From a virus (Duplodnaviria; Caudoviricetes), in IMG/VR virus record IMGVR_UViG_3300009161_000021: DNA of 64,000 bases, one strand, 5' to 3'. Below, one piece after another: positions 9,929-20,381 of the stretch. The notes below the pieces were generated by a model. It saw only the letters and a list, made by a program, of their open reading frames with translations. It had not been told where the DNA came from and did not search any database. The translations under genes and the position numbers were made by a program. Position 1 is the first letter of the stretch. The number at the start of each line of letters is the position of its first letter.

Positions 9929-10843
9929 TTAGTCCATCTCTAGTGTAAAAATATTGATGAAAGTAGGATTACCAAACCCATCTCGTAGTATCTTTCCCGC
10001 GAAGAGCGTTCTTACCATTTTCGACTTGTCTTTTGTCGAAGGGCGTGAACCGTAATCTATCACGTCCAGCTTTATCATCCCGTCGTCGCCAGACAGCTCG
10101 AACACTTGCATGATGAAGTTATTTTCGATTGAAGTCTGAACAAATTCAACATCAGCAAACTCAAGCAAGCTCAATCTCTTCTCAAGCTCTTGAACATTGG
10201 TTCCCAAAGTTTCGTTTGTATTTGGAAACTTTCCGATCTCTTTTCCCGCAAGGACACCTGAGCTGTTAACGGGAGGAAGGTACTTGAAGTTCTGAAGCTT
10301 TGAAAGTCGTACATCATCGCTTAGATTCTCAATATCATCGAGTACGGCAACTTTTACGTCCTTCGAGCTAAACGGAAATTCTTCACGAATTGAGAAGGTT
10401 ATAGAAGCACGAGAGAGTGTGAAACCCTGCTCATCATCAAGAGGATCGTCAGTTCCGATGACCTGCAGGTTGTTCCAACTCTCAAGGATCGCTTTCGAGA
10501 TCGCCTCAGCAGATCCTGAAACGTTAGACTCTTCTCTAACAGACCCAGAGAGGATAAGATTCTTTCCGGAAGCCGCGAAAGAATCAGCCCTGTATGGGAC
10601 CAGGAACCCAGAGTCGTCGGTCTCGAAAGTTATGAGATCCGAAGGAAGGTCTGACGGAGCCTCAAAGTAGATCCTACCCGTCGGGTCCTCTATCACTCCG
10701 TCCTCGTCTCCGGAGTAGAACGCACCGATGTCGGTGAACGTCGCGTACTCGATCTTCATCTGACCGCTCGCGAGTTGGCGACGACCCTGCTCGGTGATCA
10801 CCACGTCCATTATCCTTGACTTCGAATCGAGTATGCCAGCCAT
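9929..10843 (-). CDS. Baseplate/tail-associated protein, distant paralogue of 1224..1934
   Basis: N-terminus DVVITEQGRRQLASGQMKIEYATFTD parallels DAVLTDIGREFLARNDGSFSIVKFALGD. Confidence 0.55.
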   Translation of the reverse strand: MAGILDSKSRIMDVVITEQGRRQLASGQMKIEYATFTDIGAFYSGDEDGVIEDPTGRIYFEAPSDLPSDLITFETDDSGFLVPYRADSFAASGKNLILSGSVREESNVSGSAEAISKAILESWNNLQVIGTDDPLDDEQGFTLSRASITFSIREEFPFSSKDVKVAVLDDIENLSDDVRLSKLQNFKYLPPVNSSGVLAGKEIGKFPNTNETLGTNVQELEKRLSLLEFADVEFVQTSIENNFIMQVFELSGDDGMIKLDVIDYGSRPSTKDKSKMVRTLFAGKILRDGFGNPTFINIFTLEMD

Positions 10844-10861
10844 CTATTGGTACCGCCAACT

Positions 10862-10869
10862 CTAATTAT
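10862..10869 (-). promoter_or_regulatory. Candidate late-promoter motif ATAATTAG
   Basis: Intergenic, 18 nt upstream of 10843; matches the aTAnTTA(g) consensus. Confidence 0.5.
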
Positions 10870-10888
10870 CGGTGAGAGCAGTTCTCAG

Positions 10889-12142
10889 TTAAAGCTTGGT
10901 GATGGTTATGACAGTGTCCTGACCGTCTCCCGTTTTATCGATCGCATTCGCGTAAACGTTTAGATTCGAGACGTTGGAGGCTAAATTAACCTTCACTGTG
11001 ATGGTCGATCCTGCTCTCAGGTACGAAGTCTTGCTCACAGAGATTGTCTTGTAACGTGTTGTGTTGTTAGGTACAAGCCCTCCAACGATCGACGTTCCTG
11101 TTGCTCTCTCAACCTCGGATGAGCTTACGAAAATAGCTGCTTCAAGATTGACATTAGTCGAGCTTAAGTTCGTAGTTGGGGCAAGTTTGTAAGCAGCATC
11201 AAAATCGATTCGATATCGTCCCTCTTTTCCCGAAGCTATCGTGAAGGTTGAGCCAGCAGAAAGGTTTCCAGTCTTTGTTAGCAGAGCCCCAGTATTAGTC
11301 TCAACATCGTTAAAATAAAGCTGCTTGTCGGAATTGTATGTCAGGGACGTGTCAGCGCTTAAAGCATCAACGTATCTATTAATTCCAACTCCAGCATCTC
11401 CTTGATCACCTTTCACGCTAGTAGTTTGACTTGTCCAAGCTCCGCCCGTATACTTGTGAATCACGTTGTTGATGATCGCAGTGTCTCCCTCTATACCCGA
11501 CAACCCAGTGGAGGAGGCAAAAGCTCCCTTGAAAACCGTTCCTTTGAACGTACCTCCGATTGCAGTCCACGTGAAAGAAGCGCCCGACGCTGATCTTCTG
11601 TAGATCTTGTGATTTGTTGCATCGATTAGGATGTCACTTCCCTGCGTAGTTGAGTACGCAGTGTTGGAAGCTGGACTTCCACCGTCGGATATCGATGTTG
11701 TCGTGTAGGTGGCTTTTCCGTCGGTTCCGTTGCTGCCGTCGGAGCCCTTAACACTGACCGATTGATTCACCCACGACCCAGCGACTCGCTTGTAGATCAG
11801 ATTGTTATAGATCGCTGTATCGTTCTCGTTTCCAGTATCGCTTAAAGATGAGAGAATTCCCTTGAAACTTAAACCAGCCGCTCCGTCAGTTCCCTTGAAG
11901 ATAGACCCAGCGCTCCAAACACCGTTTGACTTTGTGAAAAGCTTGAAGTTTGTCGTGTCGATGTAAACTTCTCCATCACGTCCAACGCTTGAGCTCGGAT
12001 CACCGCTTCCAGTTAGAACTGATTTTCCATCAGCGCCTGAAGAAGAGGTACTCGCGGGTCCTATCTTTTCAGTAACTCCGAGCTGAGATTGAATCAGGTA
12101 GCTTTGACCTGATTGCTGAAGAAGGAGTTTATTCGATTTCAT
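10889..12142 (-). CDS. Short fibre/whisker-like protein with collagen-like G-X-Y stubs and a C1q/TNF-like C-terminal domain
   Basis: GADG, GTDGAAG, GSDGSNGTDG and GDQGDAG stubs separate duplicated knob-like modules; C-terminal FTIASGKEGRYRIDF...SYLRAGSTITVKV matches the C1q-like pattern. Confidence 0.6.
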   Translation of the reverse strand: MKSNKLLLQQSGQSYLIQSQLGVTEKIGPASTSSSGADGKSVLTGSGDPSSSVGRDGEVYIDTTNFKLFTKSNGVWSAGSIFKGTDGAAGLSFKGILSSLSDTGNENDTAIYNNLIYKRVAGSWVNQSVSVKGSDGSNGTDGKATYTTTSISDGGSPASNTAYSTTQGSDILIDATNHKIYRRSASGASFTWTAIGGTFKGTVFKGAFASSTGLSGIEGDTAIINNVIHKYTGGAWTSQTTSVKGDQGDAGVGINRYVDALSADTSLTYNSDKQLYFNDVETNTGALLTKTGNLSAGSTFTIASGKEGRYRIDFDAAYKLAPTTNLSSTNVNLEAAIFVSSSEVERATGTSIVGGLVPNNTTRYKTISVSKTSYLRAGSTITVKVNLASNVSNLNVYANAIDKTGDGQDTVITITKL

Positions 12143-15100
12143 GCGATCACCTGAACGAGAGATTCATCGGGATTATCTGGTCTATTACGAGCGACGCTAT
12201 CGTCGAAATAGGGCATTGATGATGTTGCAAAAGTGCTTAAGTTCTGAGAGTACGTTAACATCGGATCAATCGCCGTCGATCCTGAGACGAATCTAGCTTT
12301 AACAGGAGGAGGAGCATCAAACAACGCTGTCAATTGTCTTGGTTCAAGAATGTCTCGAAAATGACCGAAGTGATCAGACTTCCAGCGACATGACGAGAAC
12401 TCTGGCTTCGTATTGGAAATACCGTACCTAAATGGTCCTCTGACCTCGCCCCTGTTGGACTCGTCAGAAGATCTATGCGTTAAACCGAAATCGAAAGGTA
12501 AAGGTAGTGAGCTGTAGAAAGTCGAATATCCAACTCTAAATGCATGGTCAGCCGCAGTCATATTATTTCCAAAGATCGATGCTAGCGCAGAGTTGTCAGT
12601 CGACCAGGTAAAAACGTTGCCCCTAATGACACCATTCGAAGATAGTTTTCTAACTGGATTTCTTTGAAACGGAAACTGATTGGGAAAGAAGTTTGCTGGA
12701 AGAAATTCGTTGGGGGTTGTAATTCCAAAATTTACTTCTTCAGCGAAGTTGTCGATGTATGACCCGGATCTAACACCGATACGCACAGTCGCGTCTGTTG
12801 ATCCGCTAAAAAAATCAGAGTAGCTCGGAAGACAGCTATCGTACGTTCTTTCAGAAGAGTCTGAGATTTTAGAAAATCTCTGAAATGATCCTGTAGTCCC
12901 CGCTTGACCCAGTGAGACTCGAGAGATAACACGTCTCGATTGATCCTGGCTGGCTGTCGAGAACAGGACACCACCTAAAATCGGATTTGCCATGCTACCA
13001 GTAACGATCTCATCAAGGTACGAGCCGTAGTACGATGATACAGGCTCGATCTGAAACTGATCTAGCAGGGGTTCAGCTCCAATAATCTCATGAACAGAGT
13101 TTGATGAAAGATCCTGATTCAGAGTATTAGCGTGAGCAGCGTCATTTTTTATCTCTGACCCGAATAAAGTTACCTTAATTTGACTACCTTCCGTGAACCT
13201 CATGAAGAAATCATCAAAAGTTTCAAAATCATCCATCCCGTGATGAACCGAAATTCCAGCATCGACTCCGAAAAATATCTCATCGTGAGGCATAAGAATG
13301 TAAGGAGAAATTGCAGAAATTTCGCTTACTGCGATATACGACAGAAGATTATCACTTTCGATAAAATTGTCAGAGTTTTCTCCTCCAAATTTTCGGAACG
13401 CTCTACTCGATATATCGGAAGTCACCCGTGTTTCATCGAGCTCAAGAGGAGATGTAAGAGTCGTTGTTTTTGAGAAGAAGTTGCCAGATGACCTTGATGA
13501 CAACGAGCCGGTTGGGAACTCTGCCATCACGGTAAACTCAAAAATTGATGCTGTAAGGACGTAGTTAGATGGACTGTACTGGACGTCTTGTATTGCTAGC
13601 CCACCCGGAAACGCATCGAATTGTAACGTTATCTTTTCTGTTGAAACGAGCGTAGGCCCTGCTATTAAAGTTGAATTTGGAATGGACCTCAATCCGATAC
13701 TTTGCAAAGGGGGAGCTGTCGTCGGATAAAATTCAAGATTTATGGACCCACTGTACGTCGAGAACGTCCCGCCACCCGTGGTTGCAAAGATTTCACCGCC
13801 GGGTGGGTAAGAAGCGACGGTCACTTCGGATGAGAAAGGGGTAGCTCCTCTGAAAATAACAGTATTTGGATTAGCAGAAACCGTGTATTGGGCTGTCTCA
13901 AGGACTGAGACGTAAGTAGGGTTTGCTAGTATTGCGTTGACGATATTCGTAGCAGTCTGCCCAGAGGCTATCACAAAGTGAGTTCCCGCTATCAAAGGCC
14001 CAACTGAACCCCCAGGTGCGAATATCAATTGCACTGGCTGGCCAGGCGTAAGGCTGTCGGGATTGGGAAGCGAGATTAATGGTTTTGAGATCGAGCTGTT
14101 GAAGTTGTGGGAGAACGCAGGAGAATGTGTGGGACCAGACATGTTGCTGAACGTTAGATACGTCGGCAAATTATAGAAGCACGCCGATGCTGTCGCAAAA
14201 ATCTCGCGAATAGACGAGCTTACTTCCCACGCAGCGTCGACATTTGAAGAGTTGTTGTATCCTGATAGACCATTTCTTCTTCCCACGAACTGACGACCGA
14301 GGAAAAAAACATAGTTATCCTGCAGCCTAGAGCTTACTCCGTAAGTCCGCGGATTCAGCGCGGTAGATTCTGGAAACGCCGCATCTGTTGAATTTTTTGA
14401 TCTTTGAACTTGAGCGTTCGATACCTCTATCGATATCTTTTCCAGTAAGAATGGGCTTCTTATCAAATCAGACATCTTCAGCAGCTGGGACGATGTAGCG
14501 TAATACTTGTTGTCTGCTGGTGCGAACGCGGAGATGGTCGGCAATCCTACGTAAGAATTGTTTACCGCGTCATCGTAAAAAGGAGTATCATACTGATTTT
14601 CAGGCTTCACGAACATTTGAACCATGCTCTGAGACCCTGTCGATCTGTAGAACTTTTTTAATCCGTTAACCACCTGTATTAAATCTGCGCAGATGTCAAA
14701 ACTAATAGAACTCGCACGAGATGATGGATCATTTAAGCCCTTGTATTCAAACTTTGATTCATCAAAATTAAAATATGCGACGCCGGTTCGATCAGCTGAA
14801 TTTCCTCTGGACGTGAGACCAATTCCTAGTTGAAATTCACTAGAATTGACGATAGACTTTTGCAAAATAATTTTAGATCTTGCAGGAGCGCTGAACCCTG
14901 GCACAATATCGGGATCAGTCCCGTTCAGGAAGAAATCCGTCGCAGGAATCGAGCGATTCTCATTGAACGGCCCGACGTTCTCAGTCGGTGAGTAATGCAA
15001 GTGATTCGGCTGTTGGAATGATCTGATCGGCAGCGAAGCGCTGATATCCGATTCCTGTCCGATGATGTCGACGGCCTGCGATGCGAACGAGCTGCCCTTC

Positions 15101-16146
15101 GGAAGCATCGTCGGGAAGACAATGTTCCCGGATTGGGAAAATACGATTGATGTGGCATCATTAAAATTTGATGATAGGGCACCTGTTCGGGTAGGATCGC
15201 CGGTGCGACGGACGGTCGAGTATGATCCAGGAAGGTCATCGAGCTCACGGAGCATGAGGCGAGGAGAACGTGAGATGAAACCTGAGCTGCTGTTGAGTTC
15301 AAGACCACCTGATCTTGATCCTGAATAGATCGCCGATACCTCTGCCGATGAGAGCTGCCGTCTCCAAATTCCAACTGCGTAGATATTTCCATCAACATCG
15401 GAGGTTGCATCGATGTTTCCAGAGCTGTTAATGTGAGCTCCAAGACGTGTTAATCCACTTGAGCCCGAGACTCCTGGGTAAGCCCCCACAGAAGCGTTAT
15501 TCTCTGCTACCGATACACCATCAACGTACATGGCAAAGCTATCAGTTGAAGAGTTTGCTATCACTCCATCGTAAGTTACAACAACATGATGCCATGCGCC
15601 ATCTACGATAATGCCGCTATTAGATCTGATGGACTTAAAAACACCTTCATTTGTTCCGTTCCCAAGACGAAAGTTGACCTGATTGCTCGAGTTAACGAAA
15701 AAATCAAGTTCTCTTTTCCCGGCTGCGTATTTTTCAAATATGACACTTACTGCCGAGGTGCTGTTCAGCTTAAACCACACAGAAATGCTAAATGGGACAT
15801 CTCCAGTGCCATCGTTTCGACGCATGACGTGATCTGGTAATTCTTTCGAAGACTCGACATAGTCAACCAAGTTGTTTGTCGTGTCAGACTTGAAAACTAA
15901 GCTAGTAGCAACTCTGCTTGCGATTATATTCGATTCCGGATTGTCGGATGAAATACCCGGACTCAGTCTCCCTGGTTTTAGGTAAAGATCATTGCCTCTT
16001 CCAGTTTCGTCTCGTAGTATCCCGTTTGTCGCGTATGTCGGTCGGTAATAAGAGACTAAATCTTTGCTGACATCCCAGGTAGTCCCATTCAGAAGTGTGA
16101 ACGGTCTCGAAAGGTTGATCGGGATCTCTTGGTTTATTCTTGGCAT
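12139..16146 (-). CDS. Large virion protein with an N-terminal LamG/concanavalin A-like domain, 1335 aa
   Basis: FSISVWFK...DGAWHHVVVTYDG...MYVDGV...DGNIYAVGIWRRQLSSAEVSAIY is a LamG_3-type signature. Confidence 0.8.
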   Translation of the reverse strand: MPRINQEIPINLSRPFTLLNGTTWDVSKDLVSYYRPTYATNGILRDETGRGNDLYLKPGRLSPGISSDNPESNIIASRVATSLVFKSDTTNNLVDYVESSKELPDHVMRRNDGTGDVPFSISVWFKLNSTSAVSVIFEKYAAGKRELDFFVNSSNQVNFRLGNGTNEGVFKSIRSNSGIIVDGAWHHVVVTYDGVIANSSTDSFAMYVDGVSVAENNASVGAYPGVSGSSGLTRLGAHINSSGNIDATSDVDGNIYAVGIWRRQLSSAEVSAIYSGSRSGGLELNSSSGFISRSPRLMLRELDDLPGSYSTVRRTGDPTRTGALSSNFNDATSIVFSQSGNIVFPTMLPKGSSFASQAVDIIGQESDISASLPIRSFQQPNHLHYSPTENVGPFNENRSIPATDFFLNGTDPDIVPGFSAPARSKIILQKSIVNSSEFQLGIGLTSRGNSADRTGVAYFNFDESKFEYKGLNDPSSRASSISFDICADLIQVVNGLKKFYRSTGSQSMVQMFVKPENQYDTPFYDDAVNNSYVGLPTISAFAPADNKYYATSSQLLKMSDLIRSPFLLEKISIEVSNAQVQRSKNSTDAAFPESTALNPRTYGVSSRLQDNYVFFLGRQFVGRRNGLSGYNNSSNVDAAWEVSSSIREIFATASACFYNLPTYLTFSNMSGPTHSPAFSHNFNSSISKPLISLPNPDSLTPGQPVQLIFAPGGSVGPLIAGTHFVIASGQTATNIVNAILANPTYVSVLETAQYTVSANPNTVIFRGATPFSSEVTVASYPPGGEIFATTGGGTFSTYSGSINLEFYPTTAPPLQSIGLRSIPNSTLIAGPTLVSTEKITLQFDAFPGGLAIQDVQYSPSNYVLTASIFEFTVMAEFPTGSLSSRSSGNFFSKTTTLTSPLELDETRVTSDISSRAFRKFGGENSDNFIESDNLLSYIAVSEISAISPYILMPHDEIFFGVDAGISVHHGMDDFETFDDFFMRFTEGSQIKVTLFGSEIKNDAAHANTLNQDLSSNSVHEIIGAEPLLDQFQIEPVSSYYGSYLDEIVTGSMANPILGGVLFSTASQDQSRRVISRVSLGQAGTTGSFQRFSKISDSSERTYDSCLPSYSDFFSGSTDATVRIGVRSGSYIDNFAEEVNFGITTPNEFLPANFFPNQFPFQRNPVRKLSSNGVIRGNVFTWSTDNSALASIFGNNMTAADHAFRVGYSTFYSSLPLPFDFGLTHRSSDESNRGEVRGPFRYGISNTKPEFSSCRWKSDHFGHFRDILEPRQLTALFDAPPPVKARFVSGSTAIDPMLTYSQNLSTFATSSMPYFDDSVARNRPDNPDESLVQVIA

Positions 16147-16147
16147 C

Positions 16148-16993
16148 TTACCTCTTCATCCCTGCGTATGCGATTGAATCTGTACCCGGAGAATCCTCCA
16201 AGTTAACCAGCTGCCCACTGCGAGCTGATATTGAACCTCGAGGGAAAAACTGTTCCGACGACTCTCTGCTCTGGTACAGTGCGCTTCTGATATCTCCCTG
16301 AAGCTCGAGAGCTGCGTCCTCCCGATCGGTTCCATCTTCGAATGGTGGCGCAAGATCCGAGGGATCGGAGAGATATGCGGGCTGCGGCAATCCGAGTGTG
16401 TCCTGTTCAAAGCACTCATCAAGGTAAGGTTCGACCGGTCGATCGATCGGGAAAACGTAATCTACAATCATGTTCACACGACGTCTGACGTCCTCAGCGG
16501 CATTCGAGACTGCTCCACGTACGTCGTGTGGATCATAAGGCCAATCGATGGAGTTTCTGGATGCACGAGCTCGAATTGTGAGGGGCTCGATCACTCCGTC
16601 GTAGGAATCCGTATCTTTTGCGGAAAGATTCCAAAGCACCTGCGGATAGATGAGGGTTGATCCCTCATCCTGAATGAAGGTGACCGGGTTGAAGTTCGCC
16701 ATATCTTCAAGTGTCGTGTCGTCCCTAAAGTCTTTCGGCATTCCAAATGAGAGAACTTCAAGCTCAAAATTTGGGAATTGCTCAACTTTTTTTGTTCCAA
16801 CCTGGGTTGACAGATTCTCGTCAAACAGTTTGAGATTATCGATCCTCTGTCCGTCAACAATCATGACAGGAGAATTCAAGGGTCTTATCTTGGGCATCAT
16901 GCCCTGATAGACCTGCCCGAAGGTTCTTAGCTCAACTCCCTGCAGGCTACCCGAGATTGACTCTGCGCCGATTGTTATCGCCTGTGATGCCAC
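16148..16993 (-). CDS. Hypothetical protein in the baseplate module, 281 aa
   Basis: GTG start, 1-nt gaps to both neighbours, plausible composition. Confidence 0.7.
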   Translation of the reverse strand: MASQAITIGAESISGSLQGVELRTFGQVYQGMMPKIRPLNSPVMIVDGQRIDNLKLFDENLSTQVGTKKVEQFPNFELEVLSFGMPKDFRDDTTLEDMANFNPVTFIQDEGSTLIYPQVLWNLSAKDTDSYDGVIEPLTIRARASRNSIDWPYDPHDVRGAVSNAAEDVRRRVNMIVDYVFPIDRPVEPYLDECFEQDTLGLPQPAYLSDPSDLAPPFEDGTDREDAALELQGDIRSALYQSRESSEQFFPRGSISARSGQLVNLEDSPGTDSIAYAGMKR

Positions 16994-16994
16994 C

Positions 16995-19900
16995 TCAGAT
17001 TCTCCTAACTGTTGCCGTCACCTGACCGAGCTTGATAGTTCCGCGAAGACCGCGACGATCATTCTCACCGATGTATATTCCGCTCTGTAAGTAGTTAAAT
17101 TTCGACCTTTCGAGCGAGTGGGGCTCAACAACGTAGTTTGATCCTAGAAATCTAGTGTTGCTGGGAATAAACTTCTCTATCATCGCGCCCATTGAAGCAT
17201 CGAACCACTTGAAAAACTCGTAGAGCTGCTTCATCTTTATCTTCTCTGTCAGACGATTGAAGTAAACATCTCTCAGGGCGTCAAGACGAGGATAGTCAGG
17301 TGAGAATTGAAGCTCGGGCGACCCGATCGCATCGTCTATCTCATCCAGGGTCGCAAATATCTTGGAGATATCCTCGTCTAGAACTCTGGTCGCTGAGACC
17401 TCTATCGAGAATCTAAGGTCATCAACTGGAACCTCGGACCTTACGGTTTCATAAACAGGAGAGATCTCCGCATTGTCACGAATCGCCTGATCGTAATCCT
17501 GGAATCCTCGTATTCTTATCTTGTTCGTGGTCTGCGCCTCGTCAAATTGCATCGAGATCACTGACGATGCGACCCTTTCATTAACGATCACCTGCTGTTG
17601 ATTTCCGAAACCCGAACCGATGAGATGAAGGTTGTTTTGCGAGAAGTCGATCAACCTAAGCGATCCACCAGCAGCCGATGATGTCAGCTCTTGGGTGCAT
17701 GCAGCGTCAAATCTCAGCCTCTCCCATGATCCAGACATCGTGCGAACGAAGTTGTAGTTTGTGGCTGGATTTTCCACGCCGACGGATTCGACGTTTCTAG
17801 CATGCTCGAGAAGCTCATCGTTGGTGAGAGCTTTTGACCAGAACTTGATCCTTGAAATCTTTCCGCTGAACATCGACTCTTTCGCGTCTGCGGGAATCGA
17901 CGTTGCGTTAAGGAGCTTCGAGCCTGCCTCGTACAAGGCCTGCGGACCAACGCAGAAGAACGCTCCTGATGTGTTGTATGACGAGATGGTGTCAACTACA
18001 GTACCAGCATCGAAGTAGGATCCAGTGACACGCAGGTAGTCGGAAACACTTGGACCCTGGCGAGCAGCCCAGACGTAGTAGGATGAGCTCGGTTCATTCT
18101 CAGTCATGTCGCGACCGAATGAGACATGCCACGTAGAACCGTCGAAAAGATCGCTTCCAGTCAAAGTAAGACGAAGGTATGGGTTTGATGATCCGTTCGA
18201 AGTTGCGACATAGAGATCGAGAGATGATGTCGCTATTCCGGACGTGGCGACAAGATTTGCGAAAACTCCGTGATGGTTGCTTGGAGATGAGGTTCCGGTG
18301 ACATGAAACCGGGCCAAGCTCTGAACGGGCGCGTGATTTACTCCTGGCTCGAATTTGTAGAAAGCTTCGTATGACCATGAACCTGAGGTCATCAAGCCGT
18401 CTGAAACCGTGTTTGATTTTGTCGGAAGACCCGGTTCAACTCGTGAGGCGCTCAAGTATGAGCTTGAAACGAACGGAAGATAGTTCGGGATTCCAGTGAT
18501 AGAATTGTAGCTGACTGCACCTTCGAAGAGAGAACCGCTGAAATTCAGCATTCCCTGAACAACGGATTTGTTGGACCTGTTTGGAAGTATGTACCCGCTC
18601 TTTGTTCCGCCGTACTCTTTAAACTTTAGTATGCTGTCGGGTTCGATTCCAGCAGAACGAATCAGGCTCTTAACAGCGTGCAGGGTTCCTTTCGATTTCA
18701 TGATGAAAGGAAACTCTTTGAGAACTCGCCTCCAAATCGTATTTTGAACAGCTTGATACGAAGCTTCTAGATCCATAACTTCGGAGGCCATTGATTCTCC
18801 AAGAACAAACCTTGAAGTTTCAACGTTCCTAAACATGTTCGGTAAGTTAAGACCGTAATGTTGAGCTAGAAATGGAAGCATCTGATCGGATATCGTTCCT
18901 GCATCAGAGTAATCCGTTGTTCTTAGCTTCGAGAAGTGATCAATGAAGCATTTTACCTCATCGAATTGCTTCGCCCAAACATAGAGCAACGAGCTTATGA
19001 GCTGAACAGACCCCAGCCTCGTGTCACGAGGGAGTGTGTTTCCAGAATCGATGCTGTCTCCGACACCTCCGTCTATCGAATCTAGAACGTAGAAGTCCTG
19101 CTCCCTGGTAAGATAGTGCTGCGGGATTAGCTTTGTGATAAGATTCGGGTTATTGGCATCGTATTGGGACGCTGAGGTCAGCAACGACGTGTTAAGAGAG
19201 ACCACGTCCGGATGATCTGGGAAAAGAACCGGTGAGTGCTCTATCTTCTCAAAAGTTAAGGGTGATGCAGCGTGCGCCACTCGTTGCGAAGTCGAGTAAT
19301 TGCTAATAGTGGCATGAAGTCCATTACCCGAGCTGTCGATAACCGTTGAGTTGTTCGTATACGATCCTGTAGGCTCGTTGAACCTATACAGCAATTTAAG
19401 AGATTGCTCAGAGTACACAGTCGATCGCATGCTGGAGCTTATCTCAAGAGCAGTTCTATTCCTGTGGAAGATACGAAGATCATCAATAGATCCTGAAAGC
19501 TTTGAGGCTGGTATGAACGTGTACGAGCTCCCAACACTGTGATTGGTGCCAGAACCTATCAAAAGAGGGCTCGACTTAAAATCTATCTGACCAATGTACG
19601 TTGAGTTGCTAGACGATGAAACTAGCTCTCCGTTCTTGAAGAGGTAAAGTCGATCGACGCCCGGGCTTCTGTTGAACTGTGCAGCAACAGATTGAAATGT
19701 GCCTTTGCTGACCTGCACCGATGAGGTCATGAAAGCCGATCCGGATGAGACGAAAAAATTTAGATTGCAGGTGCTTCTTGAAGAGCTCTGCGAAAGAGCT
19801 AGTGTGAACCCTTTATCAGAACCGCTTAGCTTTTGCAGAATTATTTGGTTTCCGTTGATCGCCGATGGGACGAACAGCTGCATCTCGACTGTCATCGATG

Positions 19901-20381
19901 ATAAGCCCGGATCAAGTTTCGGAGCACCAGATTTGTCTCTCGACATCACGGGTATTTCAGAACCAGCACTGTCGACAACTTTAACGTAATTACTTGTGTC
20001 AAAGTTTAGATAACCGACGCTCTTCGGTGATGAGTCGAAAACGTATTTCTCGAAACCAGTTAAGTTATCAAAGAAAGTCTCAATCTCTAAGCGAGGACCA
20101 TCGAAAGGAAACGAATTGAAGATAGTCTCAAAAGCTACGTTCGTTTTTGCCTGAGCTGAGTTAAAGAACGTGTGATTCTCAAAAAGAGACCAGTCAAGTG
20201 GCAGCTGCTGTGTGGACTTAAAACCGGAGCCCGGGGGATCAAAACGAAAAGATGAAGAAGTTGAGAGGTTCAGCTCTTCAACATCAGCAGCGGTGACATC
20301 GCGAATAACAGAGCTGTTACCCTCCAGCTCTTTCGTAAGCTGCTCTTTGGCGAATCCGCCTGCGTAGAAGCTGTTAGGCAC
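16995..20381 (-). CDS. Baseplate wedge protein (P2 gpI/T4 gp7-like motif) with LamG-like domains, 1128 aa
   Basis: ISDQMLPFLAQHYG...IWRRVLKEFPFIMKSKGTLHAVKSLIRSAG is a gpI-like wedge motif; two LamG-like segments (LSGSIDDLRIFHRNRTALEI; WHVSFG...FSGKISRIKFWSKALTNDEL). Confidence 0.65.
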   Translation of the reverse strand: MPNSFYAGGFAKEQLTKELEGNSSVIRDVTAADVEELNLSTSSSFRFDPPGSGFKSTQQLPLDWSLFENHTFFNSAQAKTNVAFETIFNSFPFDGPRLEIETFFDNLTGFEKYVFDSSPKSVGYLNFDTSNYVKVVDSAGSEIPVMSRDKSGAPKLDPGLSSMTVEMQLFVPSAINGNQIILQKLSGSDKGFTLALSQSSSRSTCNLNFFVSSGSAFMTSSVQVSKGTFQSVAAQFNRSPGVDRLYLFKNGELVSSSSNSTYIGQIDFKSSPLLIGSGTNHSVGSSYTFIPASKLSGSIDDLRIFHRNRTALEISSSMRSTVYSEQSLKLLYRFNEPTGSYTNNSTVIDSSGNGLHATISNYSTSQRVAHAASPLTFEKIEHSPVLFPDHPDVVSLNTSLLTSASQYDANNPNLITKLIPQHYLTREQDFYVLDSIDGGVGDSIDSGNTLPRDTRLGSVQLISSLLYVWAKQFDEVKCFIDHFSKLRTTDYSDAGTISDQMLPFLAQHYGLNLPNMFRNVETSRFVLGESMASEVMDLEASYQAVQNTIWRRVLKEFPFIMKSKGTLHAVKSLIRSAGIEPDSILKFKEYGGTKSGYILPNRSNKSVVQGMLNFSGSLFEGAVSYNSITGIPNYLPFVSSSYLSASRVEPGLPTKSNTVSDGLMTSGSWSYEAFYKFEPGVNHAPVQSLARFHVTGTSSPSNHHGVFANLVATSGIATSSLDLYVATSNGSSNPYLRLTLTGSDLFDGSTWHVSFGRDMTENEPSSSYYVWAARQGPSVSDYLRVTGSYFDAGTVVDTISSYNTSGAFFCVGPQALYEAGSKLLNATSIPADAKESMFSGKISRIKFWSKALTNDELLEHARNVESVGVENPATNYNFVRTMSGSWERLRFDAACTQELTSSAAGGSLRLIDFSQNNLHLIGSGFGNQQQVIVNERVASSVISMQFDEAQTTNKIRIRGFQDYDQAIRDNAEISPVYETVRSEVPVDDLRFSIEVSATRVLDEDISKIFATLDEIDDAIGSPELQFSPDYPRLDALRDVYFNRLTEKIKMKQLYEFFKWFDASMGAMIEKFIPSNTRFLGSNYVVEPHSLERSKFNYLQSGIYIGENDRRGLRGTIKLGQVTATVRRI

